From NCBI GenBank assembly GCA_036504055.1, contig DASXVU010000044.1, positions 8,260 through 72,259 of the forward strand: a stretch of DNA of 64,000 nucleotides, given 5' to 3'. Position 1 is the first letter of the stretch; each line of letters starts with the position of its first letter. A program made the translations under genes and the position numbers. The notes under the pieces were generated by a model. The model saw only the letters and a program-made list of their open reading frames with translations. It made no database searches and had not been told where the DNA came from. Source of the stretch: Methanomassiliicoccales archaeon (lineage in GTDB: Archaea > Thermoplasmatota > Thermoplasmata > Methanomassiliicoccales > UBA472). This document shows, piece after piece, positions 20,895 through 29,763 of this stretch.

Positions 20895-22001
20895 ATGGCC
20901 GACAAGAAAGACTACTACGAGACGCTTGGCGTCGCCAAGGACGCCAGCGTTGATGACATCAAGTCAGCCTACCGCAAGCTGGCAAAGCAGTACCATCCAG
21001 ACGTTACCAAAGAGAATTCTGCGCACGCCGAGGAGCGCTTCAAAGAGATATCTGAGGCCTACGAGGTCCTTATGGACCCGGAGAAACGAAAGCTCTACGA
21101 CAATTACGGTCGCGCTGGAGTCGCTGGCCAGTTCTCCGAGGAGGACAAGTTCTCTTGGCAGGACTTCTCCCATGGCCAGGACCTGAATGACATTTTCGGC
21201 GACATGTCCGGCTCGGAGTTCGGCAATCTGTTCGAGTTCTTCGGAGGCGGGCAACAACGCGGGCCCCGCCCGGGACAGAACCTGAGACTGGACATCGAGA
21301 TTAGCCTGGAGGATGCGGCCCGAGGCGTAAAAAGGGAGATCGTCGCACCCATGTCGATCAAGTGCGACCAATGCAACGGGAGTGGATCCAGGGATGGCAA
21401 GAGCCACAAGTGCAAGACATGCGGCGGCAAAGGCCAGGTCCAGCGGGTCCATCGTCAGGGCGGTGGACAGTTTGTCTCGATAGACGTCTGTCCCAAGTGC
21501 GGGGGCAAGGGCAAGACGATAGACCATCCGTGTCCCAAATGCAATGGGGCAGAGTATGTCCATAAACCGCAGAAGATCGAGATCACTATCCCGAAAGGTG
21601 TCGACACGGGCATGCAGTTACGAGTTCCTGGTGCCGGGGAAATATCTCCCAACGGAGGGCCTCCGGGCAACCTGTTCATCGTCATCCATGTTCGTGAACA
21701 TCCGATCTTCAAACGTGATGGTCCCAATCTTCTGATGGAGAAGGACATCTCTTTCGCCGAAGCAGCACTGGGCGGAGAGATCAAGATCCCTACGTTGTTT
21801 GGAGCGGCCAAGCTGACCTTGCCGGAGGGCACCCAGACCGGAACGGAGTTCAGGCTCAGGGGGGCCGGGTTGGACCGACCCGATACCAGGGGGAAGGGCG
21901 ATCTGGTCGTGCGGGTAAGGCTGAAGGTGCCAAAGAATCTGAGCAACGAGCAGAAGGAACAGATTCGCAGGTTCGATGGGCTATTGCCAGAAAAGAAATA
22001 G
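20895..22001 (+). CDS. dnaJ: Co-chaperone DnaJ, copy 1
   Basis: J domain with HPD and four CxxCxGxG-type zinc-finger repeats; the fourth is CPKCNGAE. The ATG at 20895 lies 16 nt after the dnaK stop. Confidence 0.95.
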   Translation: MADKKDYYETLGVAKDASVDDIKSAYRKLAKQYHPDVTKENSAHAEERFKEISEAYEVLMDPEKRKLYDNYGRAGVAGQFSEEDKFSWQDFSHGQDLNDIFGDMSGSEFGNLFEFFGGGQQRGPRPGQNLRLDIEISLEDAARGVKREIVAPMSIKCDQCNGSGSRDGKSHKCKTCGGKGQVQRVHRQGGGQFVSIDVCPKCGGKGKTIDHPCPKCNGAEYVHKPQKIEITIPKGVDTGMQLRVPGAGEISPNGGPPGNLFIVIHVREHPIFKRDGPNLLMEKDISFAEAALGGEIKIPTLFGAAKLTLPEGTQTGTEFRLRGAGLDRPDTRGKGDLVVRVRLKVPKNLSNEQKEQIRRFDGLLPEKK

Positions 22002-22197
22002 TGCTCTAGACGGCCTGGCAATGAGTATGATCTAAGATTGTCACCACCAAGTTGAAGGGAGAGATTCTGGGGGTGACAGCTATGTTCAAAGGAGGGAGAT
22101 GGAGTCGCACTGTTCAACTGCATCCCGCGCCAGAACTCGCGGGGCAGCATGCCATTCAATTGATTCAATAATCGGCACAGCCTTCCGATGAATCCGT

Positions 22198-22262
22198 AAA
22201 ACGAGGAATGGACCATAGACACTGAATATAAGATAGTAGATGGGGACGAGAAGAAACGCTAG
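22198..22262 (+). pseudogene. Relic of the dnaK 3' end carried along by the dnaJ tandem duplication
   Basis: GAATATAAGATAGTAGATGGGGACGAGAAGAAACGCTAG aligns by eye with the dnaK terminus GAATACAAGATAGTCGATGAGGACGAGAAGAAACCCTGA. The spacing to the next dnaJ ATG is almost the same (15 nt vs 16 nt). Confidence 0.7.
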
Positions 22263-22277
22263 GCGAGATGAGTCCGC

Positions 22278-23411
22278 ATGGCCGATAAGAAAGATTACTA
22301 CGAGACGCTGGGTGTCGCCAAGGATGCCAGCGCCGACGATATCAAATCATCCTACCGCAAGTTGGCAAAGCAGTACCACCCGGATGTGACCAAGGAGGAC
22401 TCGGCCCATGCCGAGGAACGATTCAAGGAGATATCCGAAGCCTATGAGGTATTGGCGGACGCCGAGAAACGGAAGCTGTACGACAAATACGGCCATGCAG
22501 GTGTTTCCGGCCAGTTCTCCCAGGAAGGCAACTTCTCCTGGCAGGACTTCTCGCACGGGCAGGACCTGAACGACATCTTCGGCGATATGTCCGGCTCGCC
22601 GTTCGGGAACATTTTCGAGGCATTCTTCGGCGGGGGCGGCCAGCAGCGCGGACCGCGCCAGGGTCAACACCTGCGCATGGACATCGAGATCGACCTGGAG
22701 GATGCGGCCAAGGGGATAAAGCGCGAGATCACGGTGCCGACCTCGGCGAAGTGCGACCAGTGCAACGGAACCGGTTCCAAGGATGGCAAGAACCACACCT
22801 GCCCCACCTGCGGAGGCAAAGGACAGGTGCAACGCGTCGTCCGCCAGGGCAACAGTCAGTTCGTGACGGTCGGTGCCTGCCCCAAGTGCGGAGGGAAGGG
22901 GACGATCATCGAGCATCCCTGCCCCAAGTGCGACGGGGAGGGCTACATCCGCAAACCGCAGAAGATAGAGTTCGAGATCCCGAAAGGGGTCGATACCGGC
23001 ATGCGTCTGCGCGTTCCAGGTGCCGGAGAGAGGTCACCCAATGGCGGTCCTCCAGGCGACTTGTTCATCGTCATCCATGTGGCTGAGCATGAGCTCTTCA
23101 AGCGTGATGGGGCCGATCTGCTGATCGAGCAGGAAATATCGTTCCCAGAAGCGGCTCTGGGCGCAGACATCGAGGTGCCTACTCTGTTAGGCACCGCCAA
23201 GCTGACCATCCCGCCCGGAACCCAGCCGGGCACCGACTTCAAACTGAAGGGGGCGGGTCTGGACCGGATCGACTCCCGTGGTAAGGGCGACCAGTACGTG
23301 CGGGTCCATCTCAAGGTGCCGAAGAAGCTGAGCAACGAGCAGAAGGAGATTCTCAAGAAGTTCTCCGAGCTCGAAGGCTCCAAGAAGGGATTCTTCGCGC
23401 GCCACAAGTGA
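22278..23411 (+). CDS. dnaJ: Co-chaperone DnaJ, copy 2 (tandem paralog)
   Basis: Same architecture as copy 1, with HPD and four canonical CxxCxGxG repeats. It aligns residue for residue with copy 1 over nearly the full length. Confidence 0.95.
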   Translation: MADKKDYYETLGVAKDASADDIKSSYRKLAKQYHPDVTKEDSAHAEERFKEISEAYEVLADAEKRKLYDKYGHAGVSGQFSQEGNFSWQDFSHGQDLNDIFGDMSGSPFGNIFEAFFGGGGQQRGPRQGQHLRMDIEIDLEDAAKGIKREITVPTSAKCDQCNGTGSKDGKNHTCPTCGGKGQVQRVVRQGNSQFVTVGACPKCGGKGTIIEHPCPKCDGEGYIRKPQKIEFEIPKGVDTGMRLRVPGAGERSPNGGPPGDLFIVIHVAEHELFKRDGADLLIEQEISFPEAALGADIEVPTLLGTAKLTIPPGTQPGTDFKLKGAGLDRIDSRGKGDQYVRVHLKVPKKLSNEQKEILKKFSELEGSKKGFFARHK

Positions 23412-23494
23412 TGCGTCCATTGTTAGCAGATGACATTGGAAAGGGTTAAACGTCCCTTGGTTCTCCCTCGGAACCGCTAGCGGTGCTGAGAAAG

Positions 23495-24727
23495 ATGCGC
23501 GCCCCCCGGTTAGGTCGGTCGTTCGATGGCTTTGACCGCAGGGTCTGGATATTGTTCTACGGCAGGATCGTCCAGGCGACCGGATTCGCCATGGCGCTCC
23601 CGTTTGTCGCCCTGTACTTGAACGGTCAGCTCGGCGTCTCCATGACCGAGGTCGGGTTGGTGCTGCTGCTCTCGTCGGCGATCGGGGCCACCGGGAACAT
23701 CGTAGGCGGGGAGATCGCCGACAAGTTCGGCCGGAAACGGATCATGGGTCTGGCGCTGACCGGACGGGCGGTGATGATGGTGCTGATTGCGGCGGTCATC
23801 GCCTTCCTCTCCGGCTACCTCATAATCGCCGTCATGATCACCGTCAGTTCGTTCATGGGATCGATGTTCGAACCGGCCAGCAATGCCATGGTGGCGGACA
23901 TCGTTCCAGCCAACCGGCGTCTGGACGCCTATGGGCTGCTGCGCATCGGGGCGAACCTGGGCTGGGCCCTCGGTCCGATGATAGGGGGTCTGCTGGCTGT
24001 GTTCTCGTTCTCGTTCCTGTTCCTCCTCGGAGGCATAGCGACCGGCGTGGTGGCCTCGTTCCTGATGCTTATGCTGAGCGAGTCCATGGTCCCGGGAGAG
24101 TCCCATGAACGCTACCGGCTAAGGGATATGGTGAAGATCACCCAGAACCGGCAGTTCGCCGCGTTCTGCTTCATCTCGCTGTTCTTGTTCATCATGTTCG
24201 GGCAGATGTCATCGACGTTCGCCGTCTATTCGGAGAAACAGGTGCACATCAGCCTCGCCGAGGTCGGCTACCTTTACGCCATAAACGGACTGCTGGTGGT
24301 GTGCCTCCAATTTCCCATCGCCCGGGTCATCAGCCATTACCGTATGTGCTCGGTCATCGCCATGGGATCGCTGTTCTATGCCATAGGATACGGCCTAGTG
24401 GGACTGGCCCCGGACTTCCTATTCCTGTCGATTTGCATGCTGGTGGTCACCATGGGCGAGATGGTAGTATCCCCTTCGTCCATGAACCTGGTCGCCAACA
24501 TGTCCCCGGAGAACGAGCGGGGCCGTTACATGGGCTTCTACGGGTTGTTCTCTTCCTATGGCTTCGCCGCCGGCCCATTCGTCGGAGGAGTGCTCATGGA
24601 CATTCTGATCGGCTCTCCGGTCCTCCTGTGGATGTCGATAGGTATGTTCGGGGTTGTGGCCATGGTCGGCTATCTGTTGCTGGGCAGGCGCATGAGCGAC
24701 AGCCTGAACTGCTCCAAGGCGATTTGA
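23495..24727 (+). CDS. MFS transporter, paralog 1
   Basis: About 12 hydrophobic helices. MFS signature-like GGEIADKFGRKR between TM2 and TM3. Confidence 0.85.
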   Translation: MRAPRLGRSFDGFDRRVWILFYGRIVQATGFAMALPFVALYLNGQLGVSMTEVGLVLLLSSAIGATGNIVGGEIADKFGRKRIMGLALTGRAVMMVLIAAVIAFLSGYLIIAVMITVSSFMGSMFEPASNAMVADIVPANRRLDAYGLLRIGANLGWALGPMIGGLLAVFSFSFLFLLGGIATGVVASFLMLMLSESMVPGESHERYRLRDMVKITQNRQFAAFCFISLFLFIMFGQMSSTFAVYSEKQVHISLAEVGYLYAINGLLVVCLQFPIARVISHYRMCSVIAMGSLFYAIGYGLVGLAPDFLFLSICMLVVTMGEMVVSPSSMNLVANMSPENERGRYMGFYGLFSSYGFAAGPFVGGVLMDILIGSPVLLWMSIGMFGVVAMVGYLLLGRRMSDSLNCSKAI

Positions 24728-24942
24728 CATCGGATCGTGAAAAATTGAGATCCTAGATCACGGCCAGCGTCATGGTGTGGCCGTTCTCTCGTTGCTCCAT
24801 GATGCCTAAATATATCCTGGACTTCTCAGGACCCTTCAGGTACGAATGTTTTTGATCTTTGGGGAGGAATAGATACTTCGGCATCGCCAGACGGTTGATG
24901 TCTGCAGGATCACAGTCCAGATGAACTGGGAGCGGGTACGAT

Positions 24943-26181
24943 ATGGGATTCGGGAAGGAGTTCAGTGGGTTCGACAGGAGGGTCTGGACACTATTCGTGA
25001 CCCGTACCATCGATGGCGCTGGCTTCTCTTTCATGTACCCGTTCCTGGCCATCTACCTGCACGATAAGCTTCATATTTCCATGTCTGCGGTCGGGCTGAT
25101 CCTGCTGGTCGCGGCAGCCGCAGGCGCGGTGGGGGAGCTGATCGGTGGGGAGATCGCCGACGCCTTGGGGCGAAAGCGGATCATGGTGGTCTCCATCATT
25201 GCCAGGGGACTGGTGTTCGTGGCCATCGGAGCTTACATCTCCGGCCAGGTGGATCTGGTGTTCCTCACATTGCTGGTGGCTGTCAATTTCTTCCTCGGTT
25301 CCGCGTTCGAACCGGCCAACAACGCCATGGTGGCCGACGTGGTAGAACCGGGGAGGCGCCTGAAGGTCTATGGGTTGCTACGGATCGGGGTGAACCTTGG
25401 GTGGATAATCGGACCCATGGTCGGCGGGGTTCTGGCATCCATCTCATACTCGTGGATATTCTATTGCAGTGCGATCCTTTGCTTCGCCGCCGGTTTGATC
25501 CTTCAAATATGGATACAGGAATCGCGGCCGGCTCCGGACGCAGAAAATATCACCGGTTGGAAGGGGTCCTCCGCCATTTTCCGCCACGGCTCTTTCATGT
25601 TCTTCTGTTCCATGTGCCTTCTGGTATTCATCATGGGTGGCCAGATGACCTCCACCTTCCCGGTGTTCTCCAAGGACTCAGCGGGTCTGGACGAGTTCAG
25701 CATCGGTATCATCTTTGGAATAACCGCGGTCCTAGTAGTATTGGCTCAGTTCCCGATATCCCATTATATCGGGAGGTTCAAGACCTCTCATATGATGGCG
25801 GCCGGAGCCCTCGTCTATACGCTAGGCTTCATTTGCATAGGGTTCACCCGAGACTTCTGGCTACTGACCTTGGCGATGTGCATCGTTACCGTTGGGGAGA
25901 TGATCGTCATGCCAGCCTCGATGAATCTGGTGGCCAGCATGTCGTCTGAATCGACGCGAGGGAGGTATATGGGAGTGTGGGGCCTGTTCGCCGGCTTTGG
26001 CTGGTCCTCCGCCCCGTTCGTAGGCGGAGTGATGGTTGACGTGATCAGGGACCAGACCCTCTTTTGGATATCGGTCGGGATCTTCGGGGTGCTGTCCGCC
26101 GTGGGCTTCATGGCCCTGTCAAGAATGCTGACCTCGGGGATCGATGGCGCGGACACACGAAAGTTCCAGGACAAATCTTAA
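24943..26181 (+). CDS. MFS transporter, paralog 2
   Basis: Collinear with paralog 1 (FDRRVW..., GGEIADALGRKR, FEPANNAMVADV, LLRIG.NLGW). Confidence 0.85.
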   Translation: MGFGKEFSGFDRRVWTLFVTRTIDGAGFSFMYPFLAIYLHDKLHISMSAVGLILLVAAAAGAVGELIGGEIADALGRKRIMVVSIIARGLVFVAIGAYISGQVDLVFLTLLVAVNFFLGSAFEPANNAMVADVVEPGRRLKVYGLLRIGVNLGWIIGPMVGGVLASISYSWIFYCSAILCFAAGLILQIWIQESRPAPDAENITGWKGSSAIFRHGSFMFFCSMCLLVFIMGGQMTSTFPVFSKDSAGLDEFSIGIIFGITAVLVVLAQFPISHYIGRFKTSHMMAAGALVYTLGFICIGFTRDFWLLTLAMCIVTVGEMIVMPASMNLVASMSSESTRGRYMGVWGLFAGFGWSSAPFVGGVMVDVIRDQTLFWISVGIFGVLSAVGFMALSRMLTSGIDGADTRKFQDKS

Positions 26182-26190
26182 AATGGTCCG

Positions 26191-26940
26191 ATGACGGTAG
26201 TAAATCGGATGAAGATAATCGGCCTGGTCACGGAGGATTTCCGTTTCTTCCATCGGATGGTCCGGCTCCTGAAGGAGAGGGGGGAACCGTTCGTCTCACT
26301 CGGTCTGGACGACCCGATACCGGAGAGCGTGGGCGCGATCATCACGACCAACGCAGAACGGGACCGGGTCCGTTTTCCCACCATAGTTTCGGACGATGAC
26401 CCTGATTTCGCGTTCAAGGCGGCCCGGTCGGTGCTCCGCGGTAAGAGGTTCTCCCGACTGGTCGTGGGGATCGATCCAGGCCGGATGCCCGGGATCGCGG
26501 TGATCGGGGACGGAAGGATCATCGATACGGAGCAGGTCTACAGTCCCGAGGATGTGACGGAAACGCTCATCCGGATGACCTGGAACTTGGACTTCGATCA
26601 CATGCTGATCCGGATCGGGCACGGCGACCCGACCAACCGGAACCGCATCATCCACGCAGTCTGGGACCTGGCCGACGAGGTGGAGATCGTGGATGAAACG
26701 AAGACCACCAAGCGGACAGAGACACCGGACATCGATGCCGCCATCATTATAGCGTTCACCACGGGGGAGAAGGTCGCTTCCCAACCGGAGGTATGCCCCA
26801 CCCCCGGCGAGGTGCGGGACATCAAACGACTGAGCCGCATCGAATCGGGCGGACGGGTGACCATATCGACCGAGCTGGCCTCGAAGGTGGCCCGGGGAAA
26901 GATGAGCCTGGCCGAGGCCGTCGAGGCGTACCAGAAATGA
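26191..26940 (+). CDS. Conserved archaeal protein, possible RNase H-fold (RuvC/YqgF-like, COG2433-type) nuclease
   Basis: The central VVGIDPGRMPGIAVIGDGRII resembles the first beta-hairpin and acidic residue of RuvC/YqgF-like folds. The family is recalled from memory only. The start may instead be the Met at 26209. Confidence 0.45.
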   Translation: MTVVNRMKIIGLVTEDFRFFHRMVRLLKERGEPFVSLGLDDPIPESVGAIITTNAERDRVRFPTIVSDDDPDFAFKAARSVLRGKRFSRLVVGIDPGRMPGIAVIGDGRIIDTEQVYSPEDVTETLIRMTWNLDFDHMLIRIGHGDPTNRNRIIHAVWDLADEVEIVDETKTTKRTETPDIDAAIIIAFTTGEKVASQPEVCPTPGEVRDIKRLSRIESGGRVTISTELASKVARGKMSLAEAVEAYQK

Positions 26941-26959
26941 CCGCCCGCCCCCGGGGCGG
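26941..26959. terminator. GC-rich hairpin between convergent genes
   Basis: CCGCCC-gcccccg-GGGCGG lies immediately after the stop at 26940 and 19 nt before the deoA stop. Confidence 0.3.
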
Positions 26960-26977
26960 ATAGAAAGGGGTTCCCGG

Positions 26978-28498
26978 TCAGCCCACGGTCCGGATGAACG
27001 ACGGTATCCTGGCCAGGACCATGCCCTCGATGATGATCGGCTCCAATTTCATCGCCACCGCCAGAGCGTCCTGCATCTTCTGTTCGTTGTCAGCATAGAT
27101 TGTCAGGACGGTCTCTCCCTGGTCGACCTTGCTTCCCACCTTCTTGCTGAGCACCACTCCCGCTCCCTTATCCCGGGGCGAGCCTGCAGCCCTGGCCACC
27201 CGGACCAGGTCCTTGTTCTTGATCCGTGAGACATATCCGGATTTCTTGGTCAGCACATCCACGCTGTGCTCACCGATCTTGATGTCCGTGGACTTGATGT
27301 CCGGGTTGCCGCCCTGGGCTCCTACGATCTCCCGGAACTTCTTTAGGGCCTTGCCCGAGGATAGTATTTCCTTGGCCTTCTCCTCCCCGTTGTACGCCCC
27401 GCCCATGTCGAAGATCATACCCGCCAGGGAGATCGTCTTCTCGATGACGCTGGTGGGTACCTGTCCACCTTCCAGCACCGAGATGGCCTCCCGGGCCTCC
27501 AGCGCCGGTCCGATGGCCCTTCCCACCGGCTGGCCGCCATAGGTGATGGCGCATTCCACCTTCATGCCCAGCTTCTCCCCCAGGTCGATGAAGTCTCGGG
27601 CATAGGCCTTTGCCTCGTCCATCGTTCTTACCTTCGTCCCCTCACCCATCGGGATGTCCATTAGCAGGTAATCGGCGCCGACCGCCTTCTTCTTTGACAT
27701 GACCGATGCCAGCAGCTGTGCGTGCGGGTCGATGCCGAGCGGATATTCCGCCTTTATGATCACGTCGTCCGCCGGGGCAAGGTTCAATGAGCCTCCCCAC
27801 GCCATGATGCCCCCCACTTCCTGGGTGATGCGCTTCAAGCTCGCCGCGTCAAAGTCCACGTTGGCGAACACCTCGACGATGTCAGAAGTCCCGGCCGCTG
27901 AGCTAATCGCCCTGGACGAGGTTTTCGGGATGAGCAGGCCCCCGGCCGCCACTATCGGGACGATGAGCAGGGTGACCTTGTTTCCCGGGCAGCCTCCGAT
28001 CGAGTGGAAATCGAATATCGGGCCCTTGTCGAACGTTATCGTCTCCCCGGTGTTCACCATCGCCTTGGTCAGGTCCGCGGTTTCCCGGATGTTCATGCCG
28101 TTTATGTGCAGCGACGTCACGTAGGCCGAGAGCTCGATGTTGGACAGCGTCCTGGTGGCGATGTCCTTCACGATCACGTTGATCTCATCGGTGGTCAGTT
28201 CCCCTCCGTCCATCTTCTTCCGGATGTGGTCAACGGACTCCGGACGGGTGGCGGGGTTGACGTCGATCGGCTCTCCGGGCTCCGGTCCTATGTATTTGAA
28301 TGCCCGTCCCAGCAGCCCCACCTCGCCCTTGTCGATGACGGTGTCGGAGGTGTTGACGATGGCGGTGACCGCCTTCCCCTCGTGGACTATCCTGACCCGG
28401 TCCTGTTCGCGCAGTGCCATGTCCTGGGCGTCCTCGATGTGCAGCAGGGCCGTGGTCTCCCCCGTCTCCACGTCCACGAACCTCGCCTTGAGCTTCAT
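26978..28498 (-). CDS. deoA: AMP phosphorylase (thymidine phosphorylase family, archaeal DeoA type)
   Basis: N-terminal extension domain plus a pyrimidine-nucleoside phosphorylase core (SIGGCPGNK, TSSRAISSAAGTSD). The ATG at 28498 overlaps the rbcL TGA as ATGA. An upstream ATG at 28510 is also possible. Confidence 0.9.
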   Translation of the reverse strand: MKLKARFVDVETGETTALLHIEDAQDMALREQDRVRIVHEGKAVTAIVNTSDTVIDKGEVGLLGRAFKYIGPEPGEPIDVNPATRPESVDHIRKKMDGGELTTDEINVIVKDIATRTLSNIELSAYVTSLHINGMNIRETADLTKAMVNTGETITFDKGPIFDFHSIGGCPGNKVTLLIVPIVAAGGLLIPKTSSRAISSAAGTSDIVEVFANVDFDAASLKRITQEVGGIMAWGGSLNLAPADDVIIKAEYPLGIDPHAQLLASVMSKKKAVGADYLLMDIPMGEGTKVRTMDEAKAYARDFIDLGEKLGMKVECAITYGGQPVGRAIGPALEAREAISVLEGGQVPTSVIEKTISLAGMIFDMGGAYNGEEKAKEILSSGKALKKFREIVGAQGGNPDIKSTDIKIGEHSVDVLTKKSGYVSRIKNKDLVRVARAAGSPRDKGAGVVLSKKVGSKVDQGETVLTIYADNEQKMQDALAVAMKLEPIIIEGMVLARIPSFIRTVG

Positions 28499-29748
28499 GC
28501 CGATCCCCACTTCTCGAGGGCCTCGCGCAGCTCCAGGTGGTCCTTGGCATACTGTTCGGCGGTGAGGCCGAGATATCCTGCGTCGACCGCCTGGGACATC
28601 GCCATGGCGCCTCCCCTTACGCCGCGCGGATGTCCGGACACACCGCCCCCGGCCTGGATTTGGACATCGTTCCCGGCGATGGCGATTATCTTAGGCACCA
28701 TGGCCGGCTGGACGCCTCCCGATGCGACCGGCATGACCCTCTTGTATGGCATGTCCGGTCCAACGCAAACGTGCTGGTACTCAAGGTCGGCCTTCGGGTC
28801 TCCGGTCATCTTGCCTACGCCGTAGGTGCCGATGTGCAGTGCGTCCGCCCCGCACATGCGGGCCAGTTCCGCGAAGACCTTCATGGAGATGCCATGGTCC
28901 TTGTTCCTGGTGATGGCCGCGTGCATGGTCCGGTGCACATGGATCGGCAGCTTGATCGAACTGTCCTCTGCCAGTGCCTGGACCGCGGCGAATCCGCATG
29001 TGATGACGTCCACCATGAGCTGTGACGCTCCCAGGTCCTGGGCGCGCTGAGCGACCTCCAATATCTTGTCGCCCCGGGTGGAGACGTTTATGGCGTGTAT
29101 CATGGCATGTCCAGAATCCTTCTTGACCCGGTCCAGTGCCTCCGCGATCGCCACCACTCGGTCTTCCAGCGGGCAGAACTTCTGGTTGACCAGCGTTTCA
29201 TCGTCCTTGCCGTTGGTCAGTCCTCCCATTCCGGCCTCGTACACGTAGTCGGCGGTCTCCCGGGGCGAGAGTCCGATCTTGGGCTTCACGATGGTGCCGA
29301 CCAGAGGCTTCTCCGATCGTTTCAGGATCTTTCTGAGGCCCTCGATCCCAAACTTCGGGCCTTTGAACTGCTCGAGTATCTCGTTCGGATATACCACATC
29401 CTCCAGTCGAACACCCGTCAGAACATCCAGTCCGAACAGGTTCCCGGCCACGACGCTCAGGATCTGGGGAACGCCCCCGATGTCGATGCTGAAGTCCTCG
29501 GTCGGGAAGGCGATCACGCACACGTTGCCCTTAATATCGACCACCTTTCCGCTGCGGCGGACAAAGTTCTCCTCCTTCAATGTGCTGATGGTGGTCCAGG
29601 TCCCGGTGGACTGCTCGGTCGCGATGGCCGCTGCGGCCTCCTTCATGGGCAGGTCGGTCTTGACCTTGTAGGTGCAGAACACGTGCGATTCCGGGTCGAG
29701 CTTCTCGCCCAGGTGCAGATACTTCTCGGAATATTCCATCTCTTTCAC
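28495..29748 (-). CDS. rbcL: Ribulose-1,5-bisphosphate carboxylase/oxygenase large subunit, form III
   Basis: Catalytic residues are all present: TEQSTGTW, GN, TIVKPKIGL, GKDDE (carbamyl-Lys and Mg ligands), HVHR, HIGT..GK, ASGG, GGGVSGHP. Confidence 0.92.
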   Translation of the reverse strand: MKEMEYSEKYLHLGEKLDPESHVFCTYKVKTDLPMKEAAAAIATEQSTGTWTTISTLKEENFVRRSGKVVDIKGNVCVIAFPTEDFSIDIGGVPQILSVVAGNLFGLDVLTGVRLEDVVYPNEILEQFKGPKFGIEGLRKILKRSEKPLVGTIVKPKIGLSPRETADYVYEAGMGGLTNGKDDETLVNQKFCPLEDRVVAIAEALDRVKKDSGHAMIHAINVSTRGDKILEVAQRAQDLGASQLMVDVITCGFAAVQALAEDSSIKLPIHVHRTMHAAITRNKDHGISMKVFAELARMCGADALHIGTYGVGKMTGDPKADLEYQHVCVGPDMPYKRVMPVASGGVQPAMVPKIIAIAGNDVQIQAGGGVSGHPRGVRGGAMAMSQAVDAGYLGLTAEQYAKDHLELREALEKWGSA

Positions 29749-29763
29749 TCCTCAAATCCAATC

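Noticed and set aside
28495-29748. The possibility that the RuBisCO homolog is a non-carboxylating RuBisCO-like protein (form IV)
   Set aside because: All the catalytic and RuBP-binding residues I checked are present: KPK, KDDE, HVHR, the loop-6 Lys, and the SGG and GGG phosphate sites. Its genomic partners are AMP phosphorylase and R15P isomerase.
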